Assembly: GCA_043228905.1 (NCBI GenBank) | Contig: JBHGNT010000005.1 | Span: 5,518,001-5,582,000 of the forward strand | Direction of reading: 5' to 3' | Origin: Azolla caroliniana | Lineage: Eukaryota; Plantae; Polypodiophyta | Length of the DNA: 64,000 bases | Part shown: piece by piece, positions 39,468-52,364 of the stretch | Layout: each line of letters begins with the position of its first letter | How positions within the stretch are numbered: position 1 is the first letter of the stretch | Position numbers and translations under genes: made by a program | The notes under the pieces: model-generated | Database searches by the model: none | What the model saw: the letters and a program-made list of their open reading frames with translations, nothing else | Told to the model about the DNA's origin: nothing

Positions 39468-41787
39468 ATGAATAATACTATCACGATTTTATTCACACTA
39501 CTTATGGCTGCAACGCTAGTTGTTGTCAGAGGGATGCTAGTCCGAATATTGGTATTATTTATGCTAGCCATTGGCACCATCGACCAATGGATGAGGACAT
39601 CCACAAGGCCATTGTCTCCACCCGGGCCGCATAGATGGGCATTACCCATCATTGGGAACCTACCCCATCTCATGATGATGACTCGAAACCTCCCAATGCA
39701 CCAAGCATTGTGCGAGATGAGCAAAAGATATGGGCCATTGCTAGAACTCCGACTTGGTGGATCACAACGGCTCTTGGTAGTGTCATCGCCCGACATCGCA
39801 TCTCTTGTCCTCCAGAAGCACGATAAGATCTTCTCGGGACGTGCACCCAATATTGCCACCTCCATCCTTGCCAGCTCACCCTCCCCTGGCATCGCATTCT
39901 CAAACCCTGGATCCAAGTGGAAGCTCCTACGACGTGTGTGCACCACCCAACTCTTTGCTCCCAAGAACCTCATCACATTTAGGTGTTCCTTTTTGCATTC
40001 ATACCCCTAACACTTCAAAAATTTCACCAACACACTCAAGTAGATGTCTTGTTAAAATAACATATTATGAGTTATTTGGGTTCAATTTGTTAAACACTAA
40101 ACTTATTTTTAATTTTTTTGTCTAGGCCTATCATATGCGAAGAAGTGCATGCCATGTTATCCTCCATGGTAGACAATGTTAGATCTAGTCATAATCTCAT
40201 CATTCGCAATAGCCTTCAAAAGTGCACTAACAACATTATATCAAGGATGACTTTGGGAAAGACATTAGATGAGATTAAGTCTAGCAAACAACACCAAGAA
40301 AGCTTTGTTGAGTTGTTAGTCAAAGCTATTGAATACATAGGTGTGATCAATATTAGTGATGTTATTCCCTCTTTAGCATGGTTGGATCTCCAAGTGAGTA
40401 TCTTTAAATTTTGTTTTATGGATTTAAACTTGTTCTCTTTAGCGTTTTCTTTTTACCTTTAATTTCATGACATAGCATACATTCGATTTTATCATATGTA
40501 AAGAGTTGCGGTCGACGCATGAAAGATGTCTCCTCGAAGCTTCACAATCATTTTAAAGAAATCATTAGTGAACATCGAGACAATTTGGCGAAAAATACAA
40601 CACCTCTAAATGTGGATTTCCTTGATATTCTCCTCTCTATCAAAGATGAAGATGTTGAAATCACCGATGATAATATAGTATCAACCTTAGTGGTATGATA
40701 TTTAAAATCATTATCGTGGATGCATAGTCATGTGCATGTTAATTTATATGTATATACTTGCTAAATTAAATTCCATTAGACTACGCATGAGTGAACCATT
40801 TTAATGATGTCGATATATTGGTTAACACACATAGAAAATTGCCTATTTACGCTTGACAATTCCTGTATGTGTGCATGCACATGTGTTTATAGATATATCT
40901 GAGATTGTGTGCACATATGCATATAATCCAAATTAATGAGTGGTTTTTGGGGTTTGGGGTTCTACACACATATATATAACACAACATGGGGTTCACAAAT
41001 TAAAATGTTGCATCAAATTAGTACATGATATTAAAATTTTCATGTTGATTAATCGATTGAAACCATGTCATAGTGCATGAACTAACATTAGCTCAATGGA
41101 ACCTAATCTACTACCATATTCTTTTCCTTGATTATAAAATTTTCACATTAGCTTTCTTTCTTTTTTAACCAGGACATGTTTGTAGGAGGAACTGACACGT
41201 CTTCTATCACAATTGAATGGGCACTTGCAGAGTTGCTAGCTAATCCAAAGAAAATGAAACTTTTACAAAGTGAACTCATGAGAGTTGTTGGAGATACAAA
41301 ACCGGTTGATATATCAAATCTTCCAAATTTGCCTTATTTATCTTCTGTAGTAAAGGAGACCATGAGGATGCATCCAGTTATACCATTGCTTCTACCACGT
41401 AAGCTAACACAATCATGTGAACTATTTGGTTATGAGATTCTTGCTGATACACAAGTATACGTAAATGTGTGGGCAATAGGACACGATCCAAATGTATGGG
41501 ATAATCCTTCACAATTTCTTCCTGAAAGATTTTTAAACCATGACAAGATTAACATGCGCGGAGTAAACTTTGACTTCCTACCTTTTGGTTCAGGAAGACG
41601 TATGTGCCCAGGGTCACCTCTAGCACTCATAACCACTGAATTTATTTTGGCCAACTTGCTTCACAATTTTGAGTGGAAGGCTTGTAATGAACCAAAACTC
41701 AATGAGTCATTTGGGATTATCGTAAAGTTAGAAACTCCCTTAGTTGTCAAGGCATATCCCAAATTGTCTTTGTTGCAAAATCATTGA
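39468..41787 (+). CDS. Cytochrome P450, CYP71 clan (A-type), 528 aa
   Basis: Exons 39468-39982, 40126-40393, 40504-40692 and 41173-41787 (1587 nt, in frame, GT-AG). N-terminal anchor, PPGP, GGTDTS I-helix, ETMR, PERF, heme motif PFGSGRRMCPG. Confidence 0.92.
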
Positions 41788-42449
41788 GTTTGCAATGATG
41801 TGCGTATGCTTTTCTTTTTGCATTAATTTAAATCCAAGGTATTTCTCATGATTCCCTTTTGGTTCAGCACTTGATCAATAACTACATGATTCTTTCCCAA
41901 ACAAATTTACTTAATTAGTCTTTCCCAAACAAACTAGTTTGTAATGATATAATGATATTATCTTTTTTGTTTTTGGAAAAGAAAAACTTATTTATCTTTT
42001 GTTAAATAGATTCTCATGAACACTAGTTAGTTCCATACACATAATCACTTCTTGCACTATTTGTCTCTTGACTTTAAGAAGCAAAATGTGGGCACTTGAG
42101 TACATCCATCAAATGACCATGGTCTAAGAAAACTACTAAATGACAATATATGGCTAGCTAGAAGTAGGTGTACTTATACAATTATGCCCCTATTTCATAG
42201 GGGTCTTTAAAACATACACAAAACATGCTCATATATCAATATAAAGAGAAAATCTTATGATCGGCCCAAAATTCAAAACTCGAAAGAGTGAATCAGAGAA
42301 TGGGTTGCAAATGAGGAGTGATCCTCATTATATAGGCCAAATATGGTCATTGGGACTAGGCGTTGGGACTTAGCCATTGGGTGGTCCCTTGGGACTACTT
42401 GTTGGGACTGGTTTGTCCCAACCCAAGGTGGCGCCTTCTTAAGGTCTAG

Positions 42450-44303
42450 GATGCTTCGTCGTCGTTTTCAAGCTTGATCTCGATGGCCATCCACTCCTTC
42501 CAGTCGATCGACTTTACGAACAACAAGACTTTATCCATCCCCACTAGTCTTTGTTCCCACTCCGGGAGCCGAACAAAGCGCCGCTTGAACTCCAGGAACG
42601 CCATCGTTGCGCCCCAGTGGGTTTTCGCCGACGCTACCCACTAATCAAAGTCATGCCGACCCCGACTTTTCGGCCTCCCACCTTCGTATGCCTCCAAGAG
42701 CGCCTCTTCGAAGGCCTCCCACGAACTATGAGCTTCTCAGAGCTCCTTTACCCTTGTGTGCATCCAGATGGCTACCACATGACAGAAGAATTCCAACCTC
42801 AACATCTCATCTACATTTTGCGTCACCATTTCCGCATTGTAGGCTTCCAAATAGAATGGGACTTTGTCCCCGTTGAATTGGTCGACTCGATCGACCACGC
42901 TCTTGACAGCTTGTTGTGCCGCTTCTCGTCTCATTGTCGCTTGTCCGAACTCCATCACTACCTTCGCCATTATGTCAGTGAAAACATTGTATTCCATCTC
43001 CATCTTCCATTGCTGCCCCTTCACGTCAGGTTCACCAAAGATGTCGTGGAAATCCGTGCGTACATGTATCAAAATGGGGCGGGACCCCCATGGTTTGGGA
43101 CCAGAGAGAGAAGGAAGAGGGACAACCAAGTTTTGTCGGTGTCGGATACGCCGGTTGTGACGCTGACCAGAGCGTTTCCAAACTCACATCGGAAGCAACT
43201 GAGAGAGAGAATTAGACTTAGAATTAGAATTAGAATTTTTATCGTCCATAAAGAGGCCAATTTTGACCTAGAGAGAGAGAGAGAGAACGTGCGCACACCA
43301 CTTCCTTAACACGTGTGTCAAAATGGGGCGGGACCACCGGGGTTTGGGACTAGAGAGAGAAGGAAGAGGGACAACCAAGTTTCGTCGGTGCCGGATACGC
43401 CGGCTGTGACGCCAACCAGATCGTTTCCAAACTCACATTGAAAGCAACTGAGAGAGAGAATTAGACTTAGAATTAGAATTAGAATTTTTATCGTCCATAA
43501 AGAGGCCAATTTTGACCTAGAGAGAGAGAGAGAGAACGTGCGCGCACCACTTCCTTAACACATGGTTTATATATAGAAACTGAAAGAACAAAAACAGTTC
43601 GACACAAACAAAGACAGATGTAGAAAACCCTTTATATATATATATAAAAGAACCGCTGAATACACCTCCGAATTTGTGCCAGAGTGAACATACCAGATTA
43701 CAGCAATTGTCTGCTGCCAAGCCGTCAGTCGGGGAGCTCTCAGGCTCATCGCACAGAGTGGGGTCTTGCAAAAAAGATAGAGCAGAACCGAAACCCTCAG
43801 AGCATATGAGCTCTGACCCGACTAAACACTAAACCAAAATGGAACCCCCAAACCCTAGTAGACTAACATGAATAGGATACAAACTCCGATCGGTGAACTA
43901 AACAAACACGAAACAGAAAACCTGATTGGGGAACCCAAACAAAACAGGGAAAACTCCAAAAATGGGAACCCTTTCACAAGAGACCCCTCCCTCCTTTTAT
44001 AGCACAAGTAGGGAGGTATGTTACAAGTCAATCAAATATCCCCTTTTCGAGGGGATATTTGCCTCGATATCCGGAGCGGTGATTGATGAGAGTACATTAA
44101 ACACCCTCACTTTCACACCCCACTATGTATGCAAGTGCACTTATGACACTTATTAACTGTATCGGCACCGCATTTCGCACCCTTCCCTTTTCCTTTTTAT
44201 TTGTACACACATTTAACAAATGTACATGTGCACACGGTGCACATTGCCTACTTTGCCCGATCCACCCGGTTTTTTCTCACCGTAGCTAGAAATCCCTACG
44301 ATA
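42450..44303 (-). mobile_element. Truncated tRNA-Trp-primed LTR retrotransposon (LTR 44303-43042, PBS 43037-43021, gag relic 43003-42450)
   Basis: The LTR ends ...TTCCACGACA and is followed by TGGTGAACCTGACGTGA. Gag reads QFNGDKVPFYLEAYNAEM...SWEAFEEALLEAY...DKVLLFVKSID, with stops. Outer flank is ACGT (44304-44307). Confidence 0.85.
43069..43563. repeat. 249-bp tandem duplication inside the LTR
   Basis: aaaatggggcgggacc...cttccttaacac occurs at 43071 and 43320 with high identity. Confidence 0.92.
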
Positions 44304-44307
44304 ACGT

Positions 44308-45790
44308 GGCAAGGGAAAAATCAAGATGCAAGGAGAGGATCTCACTACAATGATGGTTGTGGTCATGGACGAAACAATGCAAGAAAGGGAAAACACGATC
44401 AGCCTAGACCGAGTCATAGGGACAATCATCAGAATGACGAGCCAATTCAATGAAAAAGACATCTCACGCTACCTAGAGGCATACAAAGCCGAGATGTTGA
44501 TGAGGGACATTCCCAAAGCAAAGCAACTTAGTGGCTTTGCAAGAGTTGTAACGTCGAGTCTCCATGGGGAGATACTTGAGATGATTGCAAAGAGTCGCTA
44601 TTGAGTGGAGTTTGATAGAGGGGTGCTTGAAGAGTACGATTTAGAAGCGTAAGGATGACCAAGAAAGACCTAATGGATTGGGTCGAGCTCCCTAGGAAGG
44701 GGAGAAACACAATAACGATACTTCAAGAGTTTGAGAAGCATTTCGTTCGGCTTGTGACACACAATATAACGATGCTCAATACGAGTAAAGTTCTATTATT
44801 TCTCAAAGTGTTGGAGTGCAAGACGAGAGAAAGTCGGCTCTCTACTCGAGAATGAAGACGCGATCACCATGGATTGGGTCGTCGTAAGAAGGGCATCTAG
44901 CCGCTTCGACAAGCGACGTCAATGGTTACACAATAAAACCTCCACGATCTGCCAAATGTCCATTAGAAGAGAGACACACCTTGCGGGAGTTCCCAGAGCC
45001 CTAGAAAAGGAGGAGTCTAGAAAACTAGGAATGGGGCCTACGACAAATGTGGTGGGAAGGACCGAGTGGGAGGATCGACCATTGAAGAGCTCACAAAGAT
45101 GGTGTGGGACCTCCAGATATCACAAGGAAGGAGAGACGGTGGTCACCCCCCCTCAAGACCGGTGTTAGAGCTTAGATCTAAAGTAAGCATATGATACGGA
45201 TAACAAAGATAGATTAATAAGAAAGGGGAGAGAGAAAGAAGGGTGTCAATCCACCCGACCACCCTCGAGCGAAGGGATCGAGACAGACTCAAGCCTTGAT
45301 CGGCGCCCCATACCATCGTCGTGGCGTCGAGTCGTACCTGGTGCTGGCGCGCTCGCTACAAGAGTTGACCCACCACAAGAATAGAGTCTCGATGTAGTCA
45401 AGAGATCCTCAAATGAGGGTAGCTAGGCCTGATATTTATAGCCAGACCCAAGGCCCCCAAGCAAGTTCACACTTGGCGTAATGGGTTGTCTCAATCCCGA
45501 GGATTAAAAGTAATCCTCCCCTTCTTTACACTCTCGTTTAACCCTCACATTTGTATCCACATGTATGGAATACTACGGTACATTCTCAACACGGGATATT
45601 ATATGGTCATGCCCGTAACAACCGGGGTTCTGCAACTGCGGAAAGATTGATGATGTGGTGCAACAATCCCGATCACCTACGAAGGGAGTGGGTGAACTTC
45701 CAAGAGGCCATTGGACGAGGACAAAGTGTGGCCCTTGGAATTGGACACCAGCCCGGGGATGAATGGAAGAGGTTGGTTGATGGAAGGGCC
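44308..45790 (+). mobile_element. Gag relic of the same retroelement group, interrupted by a solo LTR
   Basis: SQFNEKDISRYLEAYKAEM...MTKKDLMDWVE...DWVVVRRASSRFDKRRQWL. Degenerate zinc knuckle MWCNNPDHLRREW follows once 45163-45620 is removed. Confidence 0.72.
45163..45620 (-). mobile_element. Solo LTR with 5-bp TSD
   Basis: TGTTA...TAACA termini. Perfect TSD ACCGG (45158-45162 and 45621-45625). Minus-strand TATA (ggctataaata) near 45438. Confidence 0.85.
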
Positions 45791-46091
45791 GGAAGCACGG
45801 GGACAAATCGAAGCCGGACCATAGCATTGCATTGGAAGAAGGGGCCCCTGCACAGACTCTTATGTTGACCCATCACCCACATATACATACATACAAGAAC
45901 AGAACAGAGGAGAAGAAGAAAAAGAAGAAGAAGAAGAAGAAGAAGAAGAAGAGTCTCCTCTGTTGTGCTCTAGAGATTGAGACCAGTCAGCCAGACGGAC
46001 TGGACTCCTCTGTCTGCCCCATCTGGGTTTTTTATTATTTATAACTTCAAAGCTAAAGACTGCACAGTAGTTAAGCTAGATTAAGTACAGA

Positions 46092-46123
<32 letters not shown>

Positions 46124-46252
46124 AGATTTCTTTGTTTGTGGGCTTTCTTGGTTAGACCAGACCTTAGATCGATCTCTGTCTCTCTGCATCCGCTCTCAGC
46201 TGTCTACTTGTCCTACAACAGCAGCTGCAGCAGAGGAATCCATATCGATCGA

Positions 46253-46718
46253 ATGGCCAGGAAGAAGATCAGAGAGTACGACTCGAAGAGGATCCTCAAG
46301 GAACACCTCCAGAGGCTCGCCAACATCTCCCTCGCCATCAAATCCGCACAGGTACACACGTGCATACACACACATACACATACACATACGTGCGTGTGTA
46401 TATATGTGCATACGCACGCATTATACATGCTTGTGGTGATGAATCTGATCAATTTCATTCATAAGAATATATATGTGTGTGTGTGTGCATACGCACGCAT
46501 TATACATGCTTGTAGTGATGAATCTGATCCAATTTCATTCATAAGAATATGTGTGTGTGTGTGTGTGTGCATACGCACGCATTATACATGCTTGCAGTGA
46601 TGAATCTGATCAATTTCATTCATAAGAATATATATATATATGTGTGTGTGTGTGTGCATACGCACGCATTATACATGCTTGTTGTGGTGATGAATCTGAT
46701 CCAATTTCATTCATGTGA

Positions 46719-46762
<44 letters not shown>

Positions 46763-49195
46763 ATACGCACGCATTATACATGCTTGTGGTGATGAATCTG
46801 ATCCCATTCCATTCATGTGACTGAGTGAAGGTGACCCAATCCACAGACTTTGATGAGCTGGTGAGCAGGGAACCATGGCTCAACTCCACCAAGCTCGTCG
46901 TCAAACCAGACATGCTCTTTGGCAAGAGAGGGAAGAGCGGACTGGTATTTATATTTCTCTATCTATATATGCTTATGTTTTCTTTCTTTCGTTCTTCTAG
47001 GGTATATAGATTTATTTATGAAATTCCCAGTCTTTATTTACTTTTGGTTGCTGTCTAGGTTGCTCTCAATTTGGATCTCGCTGGAGTCCAGGCGTTTGTG
47101 AAAGACCGCCTCGGAAAAGAGGTGTGTATGGGAGTATAAGGCAGAGTAATTGAAATCTAGTAAATGAGGTTTCGTAGTTGATTTTTGGATCCCATCTTGC
47201 TATAATCTTCTAGAAGATGGATACGCACCTTGTTGATTTTGGTATCTGAATTGAAATCTACTAAACTGCTTCTTGTTTGGTTTTGCATAGGTTGAAATGG
47301 GTGGAGCCAAAGCCCCTATCACCACATTCATCGTGGAACCGTTCGTGCCTCACGATGATGAGTACTATTTCTCAATTGTCTCTGAGCGCCTGGGTGTGAC
47401 AGTTAGTTTCTCTGAATGCGGAGGAATTGATATTGAGGAGAACTGGGACAAGGTAAAGGAATTAGGCTCCACCTCATCTAATAAATGAGATCTCCAAATG
47501 CTGCATGATATAAATGCATACAAGATCCCATGTTTGTTCGTTTCTTGAAATTGGCCAGTAAGTAATATATACTAGTAATTGATGCACAGGTGAAGCAAGT
47601 TTTCGTCCCAACTGCGCAGCCTTTGAGTACTAAACTTGTCGCCCCTCTCATTGCCACTCTTTCTTTGGAGGTAGGTCATCGTCTTTGGTGTTAATTTTCT
47701 ATTATTGAGAATTCTTGGTTCTTCATGTTTTCTGATGTCAATTAATGATTTCCATATTCAGATCCGACCAAAAATTGAAGCCTTTATCAAAGGTGTATTC
47801 TCGGTTTTTGAAGGTGATGCCATTTTGCTACAATTTTGCAATATAGACAGAGGAGAGGATCTCTTATAGTCAGATGCTTAGCGATGTTTTGGCTGAAAAT
47901 ACTTACTTTCTGCTAACAGATCTTGACTTCACATTCTTGGAGATGAACCCTTTCACTCTTGTTGGGGGGGAGCCGTTTCCTCTTGACATGCGGGGGGAAC
48001 TTGATGACACTGCAGCTTTCAAAAACTTTCAGAAGTAATGATGGTCTTTGGAAAACTCTACGATTATTGAAATGTTTAGTTATTGGTCATGCTAACTAAC
48101 ACTAAGTTGGCACTGAAAATAATGCAGGTGGGGTAATGTGGAATTCCCACTGCCATTTGGAAGGGTCATGAGTCCATCAGAAAAGCTAGTATATGCTATG
48201 GATGAGAAAGTATATTCCAGATTGCCTCATTTTATTTGCTTTAGTAAAATGTTGTAATGATACTTTTTTTGTTGGTGTGACATTGCTGTTTGTTTTGTCT
48301 TCCGAGCACAGACTAGTGCATCCTTGAAGTTGGCAATATTGAACCCAAATGCACGCATTTGGACGATGGTTGCAGGTGGAGGTGCAAGTGTCATCTATGC
48401 CGATACAGTAAGGAAACCTAACTGTACTATGCTTCACTTAATATTTCCATGTATTTATTTCACTCCCCTATGAACCTAACATACAAATGAATTGTATGCA
48501 GGTGGGAGACTTGGGTTATGCCGCTGACCTTGGTAACTATGCTGAGTATAGTGGTGCTCCAAAGGAAGACGAAGTTCTTCACTATGCGAGAGTGCTATTG
48601 GATGTAGGCTGAACTCTAAAACCTTGAAAAACTGAACCATTTTGCATATCTTGTTGTTTTTTCTTTTAGAAACAAAATGTTAATCAAAAGATGGATATTT
48701 GATATCAGTGTGCCACAGCCAATCCTGATGGTCGTCCAAGGGCCCTCATTGTCGGTGGAGGCATTGCTAATTTTACAGATGTTGCTGCTACTTTTGGGGG
48801 TATCATTAGAGCAATGCGTGAGAAGGTGAGAGAAGTCATGAACTTTACATGTGGCCGAAAACATGGATTTTTATCATGTGCGTTAAAGGATCTTAGGAAA
48901 CTTATCTTTCCATGTACAGCAAAACCAAATGAAAGAGAGTAAGTTGCGAGTGTATGTGCGGAGAGGTGGGCCAAATTGGGAACAGGGTCTTGCAAAGATG
49001 CGAGCATTGAGCAATGAGATCAACGTGCCAATTGAGGTATATGCAGACTGTCCTTCTGATTCTTTGTACAAGTTATGAGGTCCCTTTTTACTAATCTTAC
49101 TTTGGTTTTTTTGTTGTTTTTAGGTGTATGGTCCGGAAGCTAGCATGACGGGGATCTGTAAGCAAGCCATTGATTACATTGAAGTGTCTGCTTGA
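46253..49195 (+). CDS. ACLA: ATP-citrate lyase (ATP-citrate synthase) alpha subunit, 423 aa
   Basis: 13 GT-AG exons: 46253-46351, 46831-46944, 47059-47121, 47291-47452, 47590-47670, 47762-47813, 47920-48034, 48128-48209, 48312-48407, 48502-48603, 48709-48825, 48920-49036, 49124-49195 (1272 nt). Motifs [67 protein letters not shown]. Confidence 0.96.
46386..46820. repeat. Compound minisatellite in ACLA intron 1 (5 units)
   Basis: Core of about 55 bp (tgcatacgcacgcattatacatgcttgtggtgatgaatctgatc(c)aatttcattca) separated by variable (TA)n(TG)n. Confidence 0.93.
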
Positions 49196-49653
49196 GTGGG
49201 TCTCGTCGAGAAAATTTTCCTTATTAATCTGGTCAATTTAGAACATCACTGTAAGAGCTTAATTATGCTCCTAGGTGTGACTTTATTTTAGGAGAATCTG
49301 AACATTTCTTCTAAAAGAAGCAAGCAAAAGTAGAATAAATAAGGGTACTCACTGTCCTTGATTGTAAATTTGGATCTTGTATCCATTGAACATGTTTGTT
49401 TGGAAAATATTTTCTGTTCGTTAGAAATCTGAATTCGAGTGAGAACTCCATCGGGTATAAACTAAAATATCTCATTGTGAACAACGGAATTGGATACATA
49501 CACCTATATATAAATAAAATTTCAAATTACTGGCAAGTCAAGTTATTTCAAACCCTGTTTGGTAAGAAGAGAAGCCCAATATGATCACGAGTAGTAAATG
49601 TATAGTTTATGTTTCTTAGGTATAAAACTTGTCCTAGGGTGCTTGAACGGTTT

Positions 49654-50240
49654 CATAGTAAAGCTGTTCTCCAAAATAAATATCAAGATGTGAACATGTG
49701 AATTGTCTATTTTCTCTTTTAAGCTATGGAATTTATATTTATTGTTTTTATGGCGAGTTGGATGGTATTGTTCTCTTTGCTACTTTCACATTAAAGCTTA
49801 TCAATCAAAATTTTAGCTAACTAATTGTTTTGACTAAATCAAATACATGCCTTTTTCTCATACATAGAATGCTGATACATAGTAAAGCTGTTCTCCAGAA
49901 TAAATATCAAGATGTGAACATGTGAATTGTCTATTTTCTCTTCTAAGCTATGGAATTTATATTTATTGTTTTTATGGCGAGTTGGATGGTATTGTTCTCT
50001 TTGCTACTTTCACATTAAAGCTTATCAATCAAAATTTTAGCTAACTAATTGTTTTGACTAAATCAAATACATGCCTTTTTCTCATACATAGAATGCTGAT
50101 ATCATGAATTGGATGGTATTGTTCTCTTTGCTACTTTCACATTGAAGCTTATCAATCAAAATTTTAGCTAACTAATTGTCTTTGACTAAATCAAATACAT
50201 GCCTTTTTCTCATACATAGACTGACTGCTGATATCATGAA
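49654..50240. repeat. 224-bp tandem duplication plus partial third copy
   Basis: catagtaaagctgttctcc at 49654 and 49878; the 3' half is repeated again from about 50109. Confidence 0.92.
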
Positions 50241-51114
50241 TGGAATGGTTGTGATGAGACCTATTATTGGCAGCAAATTCATTGAAAGTAAATTTAAGAA
50301 TTCTTCAAATTTCCCAGATGGTTACACACTCAACTAGTTCAAGGAGTGTATGAATACTAATGCCGACATTACAGATTATCAACAGCTTTATCGATGTTTA
50401 TTGAGGTTTTGATCATTTAGTAATAAATCTTATCAACTGTGAAGTTTATTTGCAGCAGCGATCCGAAATTCATCTGCTTGTCTACAAATGTCAATCAATT
50501 GTGACTGCAAGTTCAAATAGAATTAAATTGTTTCATGTCTAGAAGAAAAGAGAGCCAGTCAAAGTGCCTATTAGTCCAAATCTTTCTCCAGTACTCTTGA
50601 ATGCCACCGACTTTATGGGTCCTGAAGGTCAAAAGAAAGAATCTTTTAATAATGATTTATTCATATAGATGAGGAATAAGTTTCATGATGTTAGTTTTTC
50701 ATATTTTTAGGCTAGTTTTTCATATTATATATATCTACGACTTCCATTGATTACTATGAAGTGGACATTATTTGTGAAGCATACATAATGTGATGCATCA
50801 TCGTCTCTTATTTGCAAACCTAACGACAAATCAGATTTGTAACCCATTACAAAGTAATCAAAGAAAGAGAAAAAACTCCAAACAATAAGTATAAATGATC
50901 CATGATTGATTTGTAGAGGAACTTATTTCTCTAATAGGCGTTTCAAACAGGGGTTAGGCATTCAGAAAACAAGAAAGTAGAGGTACGGTCAGCAGCCAGC
51001 TAATACAAAATTTAATAATGATGGAATGGAATACAGCTTTTTATGGTTCTTTCGATATTAATTAAAGAGGATTGGTTGATCAAGTAATGGTTTAAACAAA
51101 GAGCAGAGATTTTA

Positions 51115-51187
51115 TGGAGATGACGGGCATCGATCCCGCTACCTATCGCATGCAAAGCGATCGCTCTACCATTTGAGCTACATCCCC
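51115..51187 (-). tRNA. tRNA-Ala(UGC)
   Basis: GGGGATGTAGCTCAAATGGTAGAGCGATCGCTTTGCATGCGATAGGTAGCGGGATCGATGCCCGTCATCTCCA. Full cloverleaf, anticodon TGC, G3:U70 identity pair, A54 typical of eukaryotic tRNA-Ala. Confidence 0.95.
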
Positions 51188-52364
51188 TTATGAGATAGGA
51201 TTGTTTTCTGTCTATAATAATCATAATAATTTAAAGAAAAAACACCAAATTTTACCAAAAATTCATGCTAAATTGCTAATGATATTAACACATGCAGTGG
51301 AATCACTTTGGAGATTGTCTACAGGCATGAAACGCATAACTAATTTGTGTGGGTGGGTTGAGGAGTGTGAGGAGACATTGTATCAAACATTTGATTTGGT
51401 TGGGTAGAACAAGGCTGTGGCAAAGTTGGCCAAATACATTTAGGTGTACCCATGTGGATCAGATATGGCTTGCAATTTTCTCGGTGACCTAGCAATTATA
51501 CAGGCCATGTGCCTTGCTTGTATCCCTGTACGCCTTCTCTGCTATTGAGAATAGAATATTGAACATTTTGATGACTTATCAATGGCAAAATCACATCGTT
51601 AACATAGAATTGTGAAAGACATTTGCTCTACGATTACCAAAGCACATTTCATGGCCAGAGGGATGATAGAAGTAGAGAAAGAGAACAAAAACAACTTTGC
51701 TTCATTGCTTCTCACTTACATCAAGTATCACTAAATATTTGACTTTAAATTTTCATCTTCCACATAACCACCTGCCACTCGGATTATTTATCCCCTTTAC
51801 AAAAAGTCCATCTCCATATTTCATCTCAATTATTTTATGTTTCCATGCCCTCCCACACATAATTCATAACTTGATTAACAATCTTGGGAACATTTTAGTT
51901 ACAACTCGGTTAATCAATTGACTTAACATGCACACGAAGACAGATTAAACACTAACCACAACCTCAGTTTAAATTGAAGGAGCTCAAATGCATACCTTCA
52001 CATTTTATTTAATAACTTCTCATTGGCACTGAACTCCCCTCGTAAAGCAATAGTATTTATAAAACATGGCATGGAAAATCAGTCAGTATTAAAACAGTAA
52101 TTAGAGCGAAAATTTGTCTTACAAAATTTTTAAGGATTTTATAAAAATCCTCTATATTCTGGTCGTATATTATCCCCAGCATTTCAAAAATTTGACATTG
52201 GTCATCATTATTTTATCTTCATCATGAGACCTGTGTGCAGCTGTTCTGAGCAAGCATTCCAAGTCTATCAATCGATGATTTCAGGGGCATGCACTTTTTC
52301 TTTCGTCTTCACCTTTTCTTTCTCCTAGTCACTCAACCATGGGTGTGCCTCTTCTACCTAAACC

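Noticed and set aside
42551-43309. 252-aa plus-strand ORF
   Set aside because: Antisense shadow of the gag relic and LTR.
46386-46820. Repeat-spacer-like array
   Set aside because: The spacers are just (TA)n(TG)n microsatellites inside an intron.
39468-49195. P450 plus ACLA as a biosynthetic gene cluster
   Set aside because: No signature synthase in the window, and ACLA, RIO1 and the tRNA are housekeeping genes; adjacency alone is insufficient.
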